A DNA stretch of 64,000 bases from Octopus sinensis (taxonomy: Eukaryota): positions 10,106,001-10,170,000 of the forward strand of contig NC_043015.1 in assembly GCF_006345805.1 (NCBI RefSeq), written 5' to 3'. Both the position numbers and the translations under genes were made by a program. A model generated the notes under the pieces. It saw only the letters and a program-made list of their open reading frames with translations, had not been told where the DNA came from and did no database searches. This document shows positions 39,027 through 52,909 of the stretch, piece by piece (within the stretch, counting starts at the first letter, position 1; each line of letters begins with the position of its first letter).

Positions 39027-39230
39027 CGTGTGTGTGTGTCTGTGTGTCTGTGTGTCTGTGTATGTCTCACCAACATCGCTTGGCAACAGATACCTGTGTG
39101 TTTATTTCCCCGTTACATTAGCGGTTCGGCCAAAGAGACCGATATAATAAGTACTAGGCTTACAAAGAATACGTCCTGGGGTCGATGGCCACAGTTAAAT
39201 GACTGTAACATGTACAAGGTTAAAAGAGAG
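38810..39230 (+). mobile_element. SINE family B
   Basis: AGGTGCAGGAGTGGCTGTGTGTTAAGTAGCTTGCTTACCAACC head, internal (TA)n(TG)n, and an internally deleted tail. Confidence 0.9.
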
Positions 39231-39791
39231 CAAGAATATGATGGGTGCTGTTTTAGCCTCGAAAGGAAATAAATTCGTATGTAAAGAAATTGATAACCGT
39301 ACAACTTTGAAAGGCATGGTTTTTCTTGGCTCCACGCGAAGATAAGCGACTCCGCAAACCTGCTGGTTGTACAAAATTCTCTATTACTCAGCCATATTTA
39401 TTCATTATCTTCTAATAACAGAAGGGCTAATTGTTAATTTCACCACTGGTACGAGCTAGATAGCTCTGAAATTTAAACAATTCTGAAAGGGCATTGTAGA
39501 ATATGTAGTCCCTTATAGATTGACTCAAGCGTAGATTGACTAAGTGTAGGTGAAGGTAAATTATTTTATTCGAACCTTTAATATAAAATGCTAGGTCATA
39601 AAAGATTGGATCTAAAATTGATGCAAGCTAATCTGTACGAATTCCTTGCGTAATTGATGCATTTTATTTTTACTATAGAAAGTAAAATTATATTGCACAT
39701 TCCCTGAATCATACCAACTTAGTCTCCTTCTGTATACATATGTATATGTTCATACATATGTGTGTGTTATGGTGTAAGTGAGGGAGTGAGC

Positions 39792-39857
<66 letters not shown>

Positions 39858-41602
39858 AACATACATAAGTGTATTTCGTTGCGTAACTTCACGTAAAATA
39901 TTTTACGGAAATGAAAATTATCGCAATAGGAATATTAATGATTTGCGATGACAATTTTTCTCATATTAAATTAACAACGTGTACAAACAGATATCGCAAT
40001 GAGTAGTAAATTATTTATATGCCAAGACCTTTTAATGTACCCAAAATACGGCATATTCCATTCCTTCGTCTTTTCATGAGTGGCTTTTAAAAAAAAAATA
40101 TTTCCTTATCCATATATCCTAAATGTTCATCTTTAAGGTTATTTTCATAATTGAAAACGTGTTGCTCGGCTTTGTCTTGTTTTTCTTTGGTTAAGTTTTT
40201 TGCCTTCTAAAATCCATCTCTTATTCCATGTGTATTTGCACATAAAACCCCCCAAAGTTTGTTGTGCAGTTTTAAGATGCCGTATATATACTATAAATTA
40301 ATGCGCTAATGCATTTGAGAATTCGGATAATAAGTAATGTTCCATTTCTTAATGCATTTACTCAGCACACACGGGCATCAATAGTATTAAGCTGTATAAT
40401 GAATTAGAATATAATTCCAAATTCCTAGAGGACCTCATTCGTAAAAGATGCATTGTGTGTTTCTAATACATACGAAATACAATACAAACCTGAAATTCAA
40501 TACAACTCTGATATTTGTCGACATTCATGAGTGCATCCATATCAGACGTTTAGTCATATTGTGAACGTATACATATTTTACTTCATCCAAAACATAAACA
40601 TACATACACACACACGCACATACACATCTTCACTGCTACATCCCAAAATTATGCACTCATACTACCTATATATTCCCATTGATAATACTCTTTTTTTCTT
40701 CCCTATTCTTTCGCATGACCCCCCACACACACACACGCGCATACACACACGCACGCACATAAGCACACGCTCTACCTATTGCCAAATTCAACATCCAAGA
40801 ATTTTCAATTTTGTTTAGCTACAGTATAAAACATCTTTCAAACTGTCTTGCTCTCAAATTGTACATACGCATGAATGATACGTTTATTTGTCACATATTG
40901 GACTGATTACCATTGTTTATTCGATAGTAGGTGTCTCAAGAATTCACAATCTACCCACGTATCTCCTTTTTCCTAATGTAGTATATACGGACACTGTATA
41001 AATAACAATTTATTACATGAAAAATTTCTATATATTTCAACATAAGACCTATAAGAGTTTAAACTCGACAGTGTGTTGCAGTCTTCGATACGAACGTCTG
41101 AGTAAAGGGAGATGACCTGTTGAATTTCAGTGAGTTTTTGTCCCTCTATATTTGATTCTCTCTCTCTCCCTCTCTTTCTCTCTCTCTCCATATTTCACAT
41201 ATATTAATGTGCGTGTGTGTGTGCCTCTGTGTGTGTGTCTATCTGTCACTGTGTATGTATGTGTGTATGTGTGTATGTATGAAGGCATGTAGGTAACTAA
41301 GTGTAAACTAGATAGGAGGCATGGGAGATGAATATATGTTTATTTAACCATTTGACTTCGTAAGGATTACGACCTCTTCGCAACTTTATTCATACACTAA
41401 TAATTTCAGTATAGAATGAATTATGTTTACATGTTTCCATTAATATGCATGCATCGCATTATACAGTACACTGAGTCATTTACAAATTACTGAAGCTAAA
41501 ATAAAACTAGCTCATCAGATCACCAGAATATTATGGTTACGCCGACAATTGAATCGTTGGTGTAACTGCGATGAAAGCAAAACGGAGAAAGTTGAATAGT
41601 TA

Positions 41603-42012
41603 TATTACTCTTTTATTCTTTTATTTGTTTCAGTCATTTGACTGCGGCCATGCTGGAGCACCGCCTTTAGTCGTGCAACTCGACCCCGGGACTTATTCTT
41701 TGTCAACCCAGTACTTATTCTATCGGTCTCTTTTGCCGAACCGCTAAGTGACGGGGACGTAAACACACCAGCATCGGTTGTCAAGCAATGCTAGGGGAAC
41801 AAACACAGACACACAAACACACACATATATATATATATACATATATACGGCAGGCTTCTTTCAGTTTCCGTCTACCAAATCCACTCACAAGGCATTGCTC
41901 GGCCCGGGGCTATAGCAGGACACACTGGCCCAAGATGCCACGCAGTGGGACTGAACCCGGAACCATGTGGCTGGTTAGCAAGCTACTTACCACACAGCCA
42001 CTCCTGCGCCTA
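41603..42012 (-). mobile_element. SINE family B, near full length
   Basis: Complete head, core, short microsatellite, second half and (AAAAGA-type) tail. Confidence 0.92.
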
Positions 42013-42629
42013 TATTGTACATGAAGCGAGAAAGTTACAAAATAGATGCCACCGTAGTTTGTTGTTTTGTTCATAGATTCAGAATATAATAAATCCATTG
42101 TTCCTTTCTCAAACGTTTAAATGTTCGGAGAATCGTGTGGTTGCATATGATAAGTAGCTCATTTCGTTATTTCACAAGCTGTCTATAGGAAAATAAAATT
42201 TACATTGCTACTTGACTGCACAATCGAGACGGTTTTTGCTTTCCCATATATGGGCATGCAAATTTAACTACGTTGTATTGTAATATACAGTGGATGACAT
42301 TTAAGTAGTCATACGTATTTGGTCACTAAGTTTGAATGGAACGATTTAGTAAATTGAACGAATGTGCATGCGTAGAGACGCTTCTGTGTGAGATTGCTTG
42401 TTTGTGTGAGAGAGAGAGAGAATATGTGGGTGTAGATATGTTGTCTTGTTTAATTAATAATGCAAAACACAAGAAACTCGAACGTCTGGATCCTGAATTT
42501 CAATTGCAATTTCAAATGGCATAAAGATCGAATGACTGAAAGGCCTAAGTTTGAAGTATGTACAGGAAGGAAAGTTGAAAATGCATTACACGATATATAT
42601 ATATGTGTATATATATATATATATATTAT

Positions 42630-42712
<83 letters not shown>

Positions 42713-42829
42713 ATTTGAAAACAGTTATCCAAGAGATATATCGTAGCACCTTTAAATTCTTTTTACAGACCAACAATTTCTAGAGATCTATCTAGAAAAT
42801 GTTTGTCGGAAAAAATGTTAACATTTACT

Positions 42830-43640
42830 TTTACATCGTATTTCGTTAGCAATGTCAAACCAGTAAGCATGTCGTTCACATGTTTCAAAATTCATTAGCT
42901 ATGTTTGATGCTTTTCCTTCTCAATAACTGAGAAGACACAGTCTTCCAAACGTTGTCAATTTCATATGTATTCATCAGGATTGGTACCGACCTGACACGT
43001 TTCTGGACAATGAAGGTTATGTTAAGAAGATGTATGAGTACACCGTCAACGGAGACAGTTACACTCCAAAGTCAGTGATTCCGGTCTGTTCGATGTCAAC
43101 TTTCTTTTCATCAGTGAATACCAGTTTGAGCAGAATGCCTTCAGCTGTCTGACGCAGGATAAGACGACTCACCTTAATATCATGGGAGCATGACGGCAGA
43201 TCCTTTTGTAGCGTGGGTCCTGATATCCCCCTTCAGCACTCGATACATAGATGTTCTGCTTATTTTTACTGTGGCAGTAAATAGCCTTTCTCTCGTACTT
43301 TCCATAAGCTGAAGTTCTGCACACATAATTTTCGGCCACGTCCAGGTGTATCAGCGATTGAACAAGTCTTTGTAATTTGTCCAAAATTTTCCAGAGTGCT
43401 TCGTTTAATTTTAAGATTATTTGCTATAGTTTTATGTCATTCGCCTCCTTTGTGGATAGTTATAACTATATTTCGGCCTATAACCATTTTGTAATTTATA
43501 AATCTGAATTTGTTTAGCCTCAAATAAAAAGATGACACCTTAAGCTTTTATAATGATATATACTTTTCATATCTTATCGCATTTATTGGTAGTTATTGAA
43601 GTCCTAAACTTCAGTTGCCTTAATTTTGGGTCACCCTTAT
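42830..43640 (-). mobile_element. Tc1/mariner remnant (DD37D/maT-like) with its 5' TIR
   Basis: Minus-strand frames give TCSIADTPGRGRK and LLKLVFTDEKKVDIEQ. The terminus TATAAGGGTGACCCAAAATTA at 43620-43640 has a TA end. Confidence 0.6.
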
Positions 43641-43729
43641 AAATATATATATATATGTGTGTGTGTGTGTCTTTGTGTATACATATGTATGTATTATGTA
43701 TGTATGTATATGTATATCTATATATAGTA

Positions 43730-44720
43730 TATCAGAATGAGTGAAAAGCTTGCAACATTTCGAAACGTGAAATTCATCAGAATATGTCAACAGAAATTTT
43801 ATTCATGAAAGAAAATACCATTACAATCAACACATTTTTGCCAACAAGTTACAAATTTGTTTCTTCCGGTAGCATAAAAATCTGGCTTTCTGGAGCTGAT
43901 GAACACTTTGAACGCACTTTCAGCATCGATTTGGTCTTCGAACTCGTTCCCTCGCAGGAAACAATCAATGCGCTTGAAAAGTGGTAGTCGGCAGGAGAAA
44001 TGTCTGGGGAATAGGTGGGGGGTGGGGGGAGAATTTCGTAGTCAAGTCCCTGAACTTCTGAAACGTGTGGTCGACTATGGTCATGAAGAATGATTGACCT
44101 TCTACCTTTGGCCAGTCTGGGACGTAGGATTCGCAGTTTTTCGTTCATTTTGGCAATTTCATGGCTATACGTTTCTGCAGTAATGGCTTTTCTTTTCCGG
44201 ATTTTAAGAAGCTATAATGGATAAGTCAAGCAGTACACCACCAAACAGTCATCATAGCCTTCTTTTGAAGAGCTTGTGTTTAAGGAAGGTTTTCGGACCC
44301 TCATTTTGCTCCAACAACTCGCAATAATGTTTATTTATTATTACTGTACAGAATATTAGTGTACAGAATATTTTCGACCTAACCTGAGGCTCTTTTGCCA
44401 GTTCTTGAGTGGTTTTACGGGGATTTTTTTTTAAATGACGGTCTTAAATTAACTGTCATCGATGACAGATGGGCGTCCACTCACCTGCAAAATCGTTTAA
44501 ACCATTTTCGAGCATTTTGGCTTGTCATTTCCTTACCTAACGATTCGTTGATTTCGTGAGTAGTTTCAGCTGCTTTACGTCCTGTTTTGTACTTGAATTG
44601 CAAAATTGCTCGAATATTGCGATTTCACAGTTCCATATCACAGGATTGTAACAATGAGGACAAAATATCAATGTTAAATTATTGATAAATTTGGGCAAGT
44701 CTATGGGTGTATTATCAGAC
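43730..44720 (-). mobile_element. Mariner (DD34D) transposase pseudogene
   Basis: N-terminal IRAILQFKYKTGRKAAETTHEINESLG and C-terminal ILHDHSRPHV...EILPPPPTYSPDISPADYHF (the LHDNARPH and YSPDLAPSD motifs). Frameshifted. Confidence 0.85.
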
Positions 44721-44854
44721 AATTGCTAAAAATATTTTTGAAAACTCAAAGCTGTGAAACAATCAGGTATAAATTCTTCATGGTCCAAAATGTTGCTTAC
44801 TTTTTCTCACCGTAATGTATGCATATATATACATACATATATAAATATATATAT

Positions 44855-45490
44855 CCTTAAATCCTTAAAAATGTTTCAGCTCGACAGCTACAGCCATACT
44901 GGAGCACCACCGTTGAATGAGCTACACTAGTATGTGAAACCACATCTGAAACGTGGCACTTTGTCACAAACGGCGTTCGACGCCGCTGCCCGCATCTATG
45001 TTTCCTGCCGAGAGGTAGGTTCATCTGGAACCCCTGACAATAAGAGATCCAGTTTAGTTTTCAAGAAACCCACATCCACACCATACAGGTCTATCAGGTA
45101 TTTAGGAAGGATATTGAAGAGCTGTGGTCCTCTAAAACACAAGCTGTTGCAGTATCTGGTCGTGCATTTTGATGGTGATGTTGAGCGATTTAGCACCATG
45201 CAGTGGCGCCCTGTTCTGCAGTTAGGGTAACTTTCAATGTCAAAATTTGGGACAAGACCCTCCAGGATATTTCAGATGTATATCACTGCATATATCTCCC
45301 GCCGTCGCTCCAGAGAGAAGATTTTTAATACCTTCCATCTTTCCTCAGTAGCTGGTATGTTGCAGTGAGACAATCTTCTTAGTGTAGCTTCGTTGGATTG
45401 CTTCGAGTTCAGCTGTTAACTTCATATTGTGTGGTGACCATAGTTGGGAGCAGTAGTCTAAGTGGCAGAGGACGAATGTCTTCCAAAGGA
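44855..45490 (-). mobile_element. CR1/L2-group LINE, 3' terminal fragment
   Basis: [19 protein letters not shown]...LEAIQRSYTKKI and FRGPQLFNILP...KTKLDLLLSGVPDEP. The short 3' UTR ends in a TTAAGGA tandem tail. Confidence 0.8.
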
Positions 45491-45496
45491 CCATGA

Positions 45497-45570
<74 letters not shown>

Positions 45571-45853
45571 ATACACATATATATGTACATGCATATACAC
45601 ACACAAATTACACACACTTATATATGTATACATATATATATATATATATAAAAGTGTAAAGATGAGGATAGTCAAGCTAGGTAGGTCGAAATAAATATAA
45701 AGACTATTTAATATGTTAAATAAAGATGATATCAAAAATTAGAGGTTTGAAGGAAAATGTTACAAATCCCACAGCTGCTTCTAGTGGGTCTGTGGTCCAA
45801 ACGATAATAGTAATTTGATTCCTACTTGGATGAAAGTAACCTCGGGCTAGATG

Positions 45854-45919
<66 letters not shown>

Positions 45920-46049
45920 ATAATTTTATATATCCATATAGATATAATGCATATACATATATATACTTATGCATATATATAGTATACATATTTACACACA
46001 CACACTAATATATATATATATGGATGCCTCACACGAACACACGCACATA

Positions 46050-46073
46050 TAGATAGATAGATAGATAAATAGG

Positions 46074-46122
<49 letters not shown>

Positions 46123-46123
46123 T

Positions 46124-46181
<58 letters not shown>
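46050..46181. repeat. (GATA)n microsatellite
   Basis: About 130 bp of GATA with three interruptions. Confidence 0.95.
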
Positions 46182-46183
<2 letters not shown>

Positions 46184-46887
46184 TATATAGGCTTGTTTGT
46201 GTTTTCAAGTAACTATTCTTCAGTGCATTTATTGTGCCTCTAGCATTTATAGTTTTCTTGGTATAACTTGGAGTTAGAAGAGTACAAAATCTTCCATATT
46301 CATGCACACTTAAATATGAACAAGAATTTAATTTCCGAATCATGGCTTTATTCATCTGCTTACAATTTGACTTTACATGTTTGAATACCGAAAAAATTAT
46401 GGTTCAACATGTAAACTGCACTGCTTTTTGATGTAATTTGGTGTGTTTGATATTAAATATCATCATTAGTTTATTTTTTTCAATAAAAACTAAAAAATAA
46501 AACAGCAGATTACAGATAGTCATCTGTTATTGCAGATATAAGTAATATGGCGAACTTTAGGATGTTATTTCCTGTGACCTCTTTGACATGACAAATGGAT
46601 CAGATGGATCAAGAATCACAATATATCAAAACTATGGCTAATATATTTATAGTACGTGAATCCAACTTACGAATGGCGAAATAAAGTGCGTTTCGTCTGT
46701 ATAAATTATTACCAAGAGAAAAATAAAACGAATAATATATCATTAAGGTACTTTCAGTATCTATTTATGAATATGATATATTGTTATCATAGAACGCACA
46801 TAGAAACCGGATGTACGCGCACAATAGTAGAGTTAGTAAATTGTACCTGCTCAGCACTAATTTCCAAGCATTTCGTAATCAAGAAAT

Positions 46888-47053
46888 ATGCGCAGGAGTG
46901 GCTGTGTGGTATGTAGCTTGCTTACCAACCACATGGTTCCGGGTTCAGTCCCACTGCATGGCACCTTGGGCAAGTCTCTTCTACTATAGCCTCGGGCCAA
47001 CCAAAGTATTGTGAGTGGATTTGGTAGATGGAAACTGAAAGAAGCCCGTCGTA

Positions 47054-47090
<37 letters not shown>

Positions 47091-47338
47091 ATATATATAT
47101 ATATGTGTGCGTGTATGTTTGTGTGTCTGCGTTTCTCCCCCTAGCATTGCTTGACAACCGATGCTGGCGTGCTTATGTCCCCGTCACTTAGCGGTTCGGC
47201 AAAAGAGACCGATAGAATAAGTACTGGGTTGACAAAGAATAAGTCCCGGGGTCGAGTTGCTCGATTAAAGGCGATGCTCCAGCATGGCCGCAGTCAAAGG
47301 ACTGAAACAAGTAAAAGAGTAAAAGAGTAACAGAGTAA
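46888..47338 (+). mobile_element. SINE family B, full length
   Basis: GCGCAGGAGTGGCTGTGTGG...GGTTCCGGGTTCAGTCCC...GCTCCAGCATGGCCGCAGTCAAAGGACTGAAACAAGTAAAAGAGTAAAAGAG. Confidence 0.92.
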
Positions 47339-47903
47339 GTGAGGAAGATACTATTAGCATTAAATTGGGTATTATGGAAAAAGTATAGCATGTATTAATT
47401 CAGTGAAATACTACGAAATACTTCATTCAGTCGTAGACGCTAATATTTGAGAAACTAACCTACAAGTAACCAATAGATCTAAACAGGATTTTCAACAGTG
47501 AATATTAAATGTAAATGTTTGAAAGTTATTTCGCAACGCATAGAAATATGCATTATATATTCAAAATCATGAACGAGTGGGGAAAAAACATTTGAGTATT
47601 TGTTTGTCTATATAAAGATAGACTTTATAAAGCGGTTTTCTGTATATATGACAAGGTATAATACCTCTCGTTCATAATAAATTTTCGACGAGCATACGAC
47701 TTGCGGACATATATTCATAAATTTTCATGTGTATGTGTATGGATATGTGTATGTACATGCATGTGCGCATGTGTGTGTGTACTTGAGTGTGTATGTATGC
47801 ATATACACTGTTGCACGTATACGCACACTTATGGAAAGATATAGTCACCAGATTGCTTGAGTGAGAGAAAGAGAGAGACGGACAGAACGATAGTTATGAC
47901 ATA

Positions 47904-47939
<36 letters not shown>

Positions 47940-48893
47940 TATATGTTTACATATACATATACATATACATATATATATACATATATATATATCTATATAT
48001 ATATATATATATATTCATTTATTTATATATGTATGTATTTATTCGTGTGATCTTGTATGATTTTCGGAAAGCGTTTATAAAAATATGCGAATTTTAGATA
48101 AGTACGTGTGTATCTATGTATACATATAATGTTGGCATAATTTAGAAAGCTATAACTGCATAAACTGTACATGTCTCGTTCAGATCGTTACATTTACATG
48201 CATTGTTGTATATTCCTGAATATATCTGCGACATATATGATATTAAAACGTTCAACTTTCCTATCATAATTGTATTTATCTTCTCTACAGTTGAGAAATC
48301 AATGTTTCATCTCATATTCTTTGGTATTATTGATTATAGCATTATCAATTTTTTCATGGCATCAAACATTGTTACATCTAATCTGCTTTCATGTTTCCCT
48401 CTCATGCTTTATAGAGTATGTCTAGATCCAGTTATAATACGCACACGGACATTATTAAATTAATGTTATCATAGGTATATGCATATACGCGTCTGTGTCT
48501 GTGTGCACGTGTTTCTATGTGTGTGTGAGTTTTCACGTATACATTTATATATGCGAGTGTATATGCGTACGTTTTATGAATGAAAACTATATAGAATTGA
48601 AATTAATCATTGCAAAGAGCAATACAATACAATTTAACCGTATACTTTTTTTTATGAAGCAATTAGATAACAGTTATCATCATCGATTTACGATTTCTCT
48701 AGTCGGTCTACAAAATTTCCGATGTCATATCAGAAGAGCAATACTTTAATTTAAATAATAAAAAAAAAAGTATACTAGGAGATGAATGCAGTTTCGAAAA
48801 AGATGTATCTACTGACTGATAGTATTACTGCACTTTCACATACATGCCAGTATGAAGAGAATATTTATATATATATGTAAGTATATGCAGTGC

Positions 48894-49000
<107 letters not shown>

Positions 49001-49096
49001 CAATTGTTCGTTTGTTTTCCACCTGCCTTCGTCTTTTGTTTATTTTCATAAAGCTTCCCGTTATATATATATATTATATATATTATATATAATATA

Positions 49097-49168
<72 letters not shown>

Positions 49169-50559
49169 TATATATATTATATATATTATTTATGTATATA
49201 AGTATGCGCAGTATATGTATGTATATGTATATATATATATATATATATATGTAAATGCAGTGCATATATGTATATATATATATACATAAATAAATATATA
49301 TATACACACGCATATCTGTCTGTATATGTGTGTGAATGTGTATACGTGCATGTGTCTTCCCATATAGTAGACATTTGGTGACGTTTCTTTGATAAGTTAT
49401 TCAGTGTGCTTGCAGTTAGATCGTTTTATTTATGGTATTAATTTGTTGCAATTTAACATTTTTACTGGTTTTTATATTACGTTATATTTTATACATTTAA
49501 TAATTATTTTCGAAATTTTAGTTTTATTTTTGATGAGCAATTCACTCGGTTAATTTATTTTCTATAATTAGACATATTTAATAGATATTGATCTATGTTT
49601 GTTTTGTTTTTTTTTCCGTTGCACATCTTTTGTGGAAAATAGTTTATATAGGTTACATTCTAATGTGGTATGACGTTCGAATATATTATAGAAGGAAAAA
49701 CAGCATATCAATTAATCTATGTTCGTTAGTTAATCTTCATGTTTGATGTTGTAGATCTCTTGTATACATAATGTAATGTACCAGAACGTCTGTAGTTTTT
49801 CTTCAATACGTATATTTCGCTAGTTCTATTCGTACTATGGATTTGGGGTCACGAATATCCGTTTTGGAAACAATTTCTACTTGCAATAGTGTCTTATCTT
49901 ATCATCTCTATCTTTGTACTTATATGTTAACACTATTTTGTTAATATGGGATTTTGTTATTGATATTAATAACGTTTCGTCTTAAGGGCCAATATTTGAA
50001 ATGGTTAGGTCCTGCTGATTGTCTATGGATTCCAAGGCGCCGTTTACAATTTTAAAGCTACTGACTATGGCAGATTGAATAATGCTGCTCAGGAGTCAAA
50101 ACGATGCAGATAACAGTTACGCATTTGATGCCTGTAATGTATGCTTGAGGTGCTCATTGATGAATATTTAATATTTCCTTATTCTGAGTCATCTCTCATT
50201 CTCGTAAGTGCAAAATAGCTTTGGGCAAAATAGTTTATAGTCATAACATTTATATTTATATTGCTTGACTGACTACAATGCAAATTTAGTATCACTAGGA
50301 TAACAACAAATTTCTATCTTTGGGTCAATTTGCGCCATATGTATGTGCATATATAAATACACATGCATATATATATATGTGTGTGTGTGTGTATATATAT
50401 GCATATATACATATACATATGTGTGTGTATGTATATACATATAAATGTGCTTGTGTGTGTGTGTCTATATATACGTCTGTGTGTATGTGCATTTTTATGT
50501 ATACAGGATGCGATGATTGAACAGTCGTTCGTTCATCGCAAAAGAAGAGTAGATAGAAT

Positions 50560-51032
50560 TGACCTTCGCAAACATAAGACGTCTGGAAAGAGTAATATAG
50601 TCAGGTATAATGTTCCTTTTAACTATGCTATATCTACCAAAATACATAATAAACTTATGGCAATTTCAGATAAAAGATTCCCAGCATCCCATTGGTATAA
50701 TATAATATTTTCCCGTACGACGATCAGAATCTCACGAAAGCACGAGGAATTAATAATTATCCTAATATTGTTCATAATGATTTAAACCCCTGTATTGATG
50801 GTAATAATAGTGGATATCTAAGAATCCAGAACTACAGATTTAATAAATCGAATATGCATAACATAAATTGTGACACTGATGTTTATGCTAAGCAAGGTAT
50901 TACTTACACAGTACTTGTTGGTAGTGCAATAAATTTAAGTGATACTATAATTGATGGAATTAGTACTAATATTAATAATAATAATGCTGATAATAAGTGT
51001 AGTAGTTATAATAAGATTGTTTATAATAATGA

Positions 51033-51080
<48 letters not shown>

Positions 51081-51620
51081 CAGCAGTAGTAGTAGTAGCA
51101 GCAGCAGCAGCAGTAGTAATAATAATAATAATAATAATAATAGCAGTAATACTCCCGGTTGCAATTGCAGAGTAAAGTCATATTGTCCGTTAGTAGGTTG
51201 CTGTTTAGCTCAAAATGTAGTTTACAAATGCACCATTTTTAACTGGAACTGGTAGTTCTATCTATATAGGGTGTTCAATAAATATGAAAAAAAGCGTGTT
51301 AACAACCATCTTCCATTGTGTAGGCTTAGATATAAAGCTAATAGTACTTCTTTACCTAGTAGTATCTGGGAACGTAAAGAAGGCAAGAGAAGATTTAGCC
51401 TTAAATGGGATATAGTACGGAAGACGCAGCTATATAGAGATAGTAGATATGGTTATTAGCTTTTTTCTATGGAAATTTATGAGTGTTTTAAATAGAGAGT
51501 CAAGAACAACCTAATTAATAATAGATTACACTTTAGGATACCATGCATGCATAGCATCAACCGCACATTTAAATATTTTCGAAATAAATAATATTATAAG
51601 CATCATACTCTGAATTTGAT
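50560..51620 (+). mobile_element. Penelope-like element C-terminal remnant (linker plus GIY-YIG endonuclease)
   Basis: SNIVRYNVPF...LMAISDKRFPASH..IIFSRTTIRIS, GCNCRVKSYCPLVGCCLAQNVVY, FYIGC...NNHL...NSTSL...IWE...LKWDIV. These follow PLE NIIWFNPP...DKHFP..., CNCR...CPL.G.CL...VVY and YIG. Confidence 0.8.
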
Positions 51621-52469
51621 GGTGGAAATTAGCTTTGAACGTCGTATCTTTTATAACTTACCCTCTAGTGTATACTATAGTATACTATATATATATATAT
51701 TATATTGTATTACAATATATATATTATATATTATGTATGGTGTTATATAATGTGTTATATGTAATATTGTCCTCTGGTAACCCCTGCCTGTCTATTCTGA
51801 TTTCATCCTATACGGTGATTACACTGTTCTTTCCTTCAATTTTGAGTCTTTCTGCCTTATCAGTGTAGGCCTCTTTAACTGAAAATAATGAAAATGATTT
51901 ATGTCACCCCTACCTCTTTTCGGGGGCATTTACCACTATCTTATTGACTTCTTCTAAGATTTGTGTCTGTATGTCGTAAGGGGAATTTATAGCCATAAGA
52001 TATTAAGGTTTGATGGAACATTTGATAATGCTTATTTATGACCAGGAGCAAGTTCTGAACTGTCAACTCGTAGTGCTCTTAATTCTCAAACACTCAGCAT
52101 ACTAGCTGCATTAGACCTTTTGATTGTGATAAGGAGATAGATAAAAATTAGAAGTGAATTACAATCGCATGACCACCACTGTGATCCGTTTCTTCCATTG
52201 CAATATTGTAGTTGTTTTTCTCTTAGTTTATTTCTGCTACAATTGTGGCAGCATGGGATTATTTCATTCTCTAGCTCTGATAAAATATTTGCAAAAAATT
52301 ATATTAGGATATCTTGTCACTGGGAAATCTATTTTTTGCATTTGATGTAATACATGCATTGTCTGATTAAATGGCCGTATTGCATTAATATCTTGACATC
52401 CTGGTTACTTATTCAATATATATATATAGATCGCTAGCCCCTACACAATCTTTATTTTATCTCCTTGTT

Positions 52470-52909
52470 ATTGTTATGGATTGGCCTGCTCAAAGCCCAG
52501 ATCTCAATCCTATTGAAAATGTGTGGAATATTCTAGGAGAACGTTCGAAAGCCAGAAATTCTAAAACAACCGAGCAATTGTGGAAAGAATGCCCTTCAGG
52601 AAGAATGGAATAAGATCACCCAGCAAGAAATTGAAAATTTAATTTCCTCATGCAGTCGAAGATGTCAAAGTGTGATTGAAGCTAAAGGGCTTCACACTAA
52701 ATATTAAATAATTCCAGTATTCTCTGTAATTTTTTATTATTTTGTTATTTTTTCAACCGTTCTGATCATTTTGGCCGCCATGGGTTTTGCAGTAAATCAC
52801 TAAACCATCCATAACTGTTGTATTATCCTCTCAAATTACACAACTTTGATAAAAACTTATACCTACTTTTCTGACGAAAACAATGCCGTTCTGAACATTT
52901 AGGCCGCAA

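Noticed and set aside
41490-41518. Minus-strand CTGATGA followed by a GCTA/TAGC stem
   Set aside because: The GAAA half of the core is absent.
42940-43790. Three further minus-strand CTGATGA motifs
   Set aside because: They lie within the Tc1/mariner remnants (one encodes TDE) and cannot form hammerhead stems.
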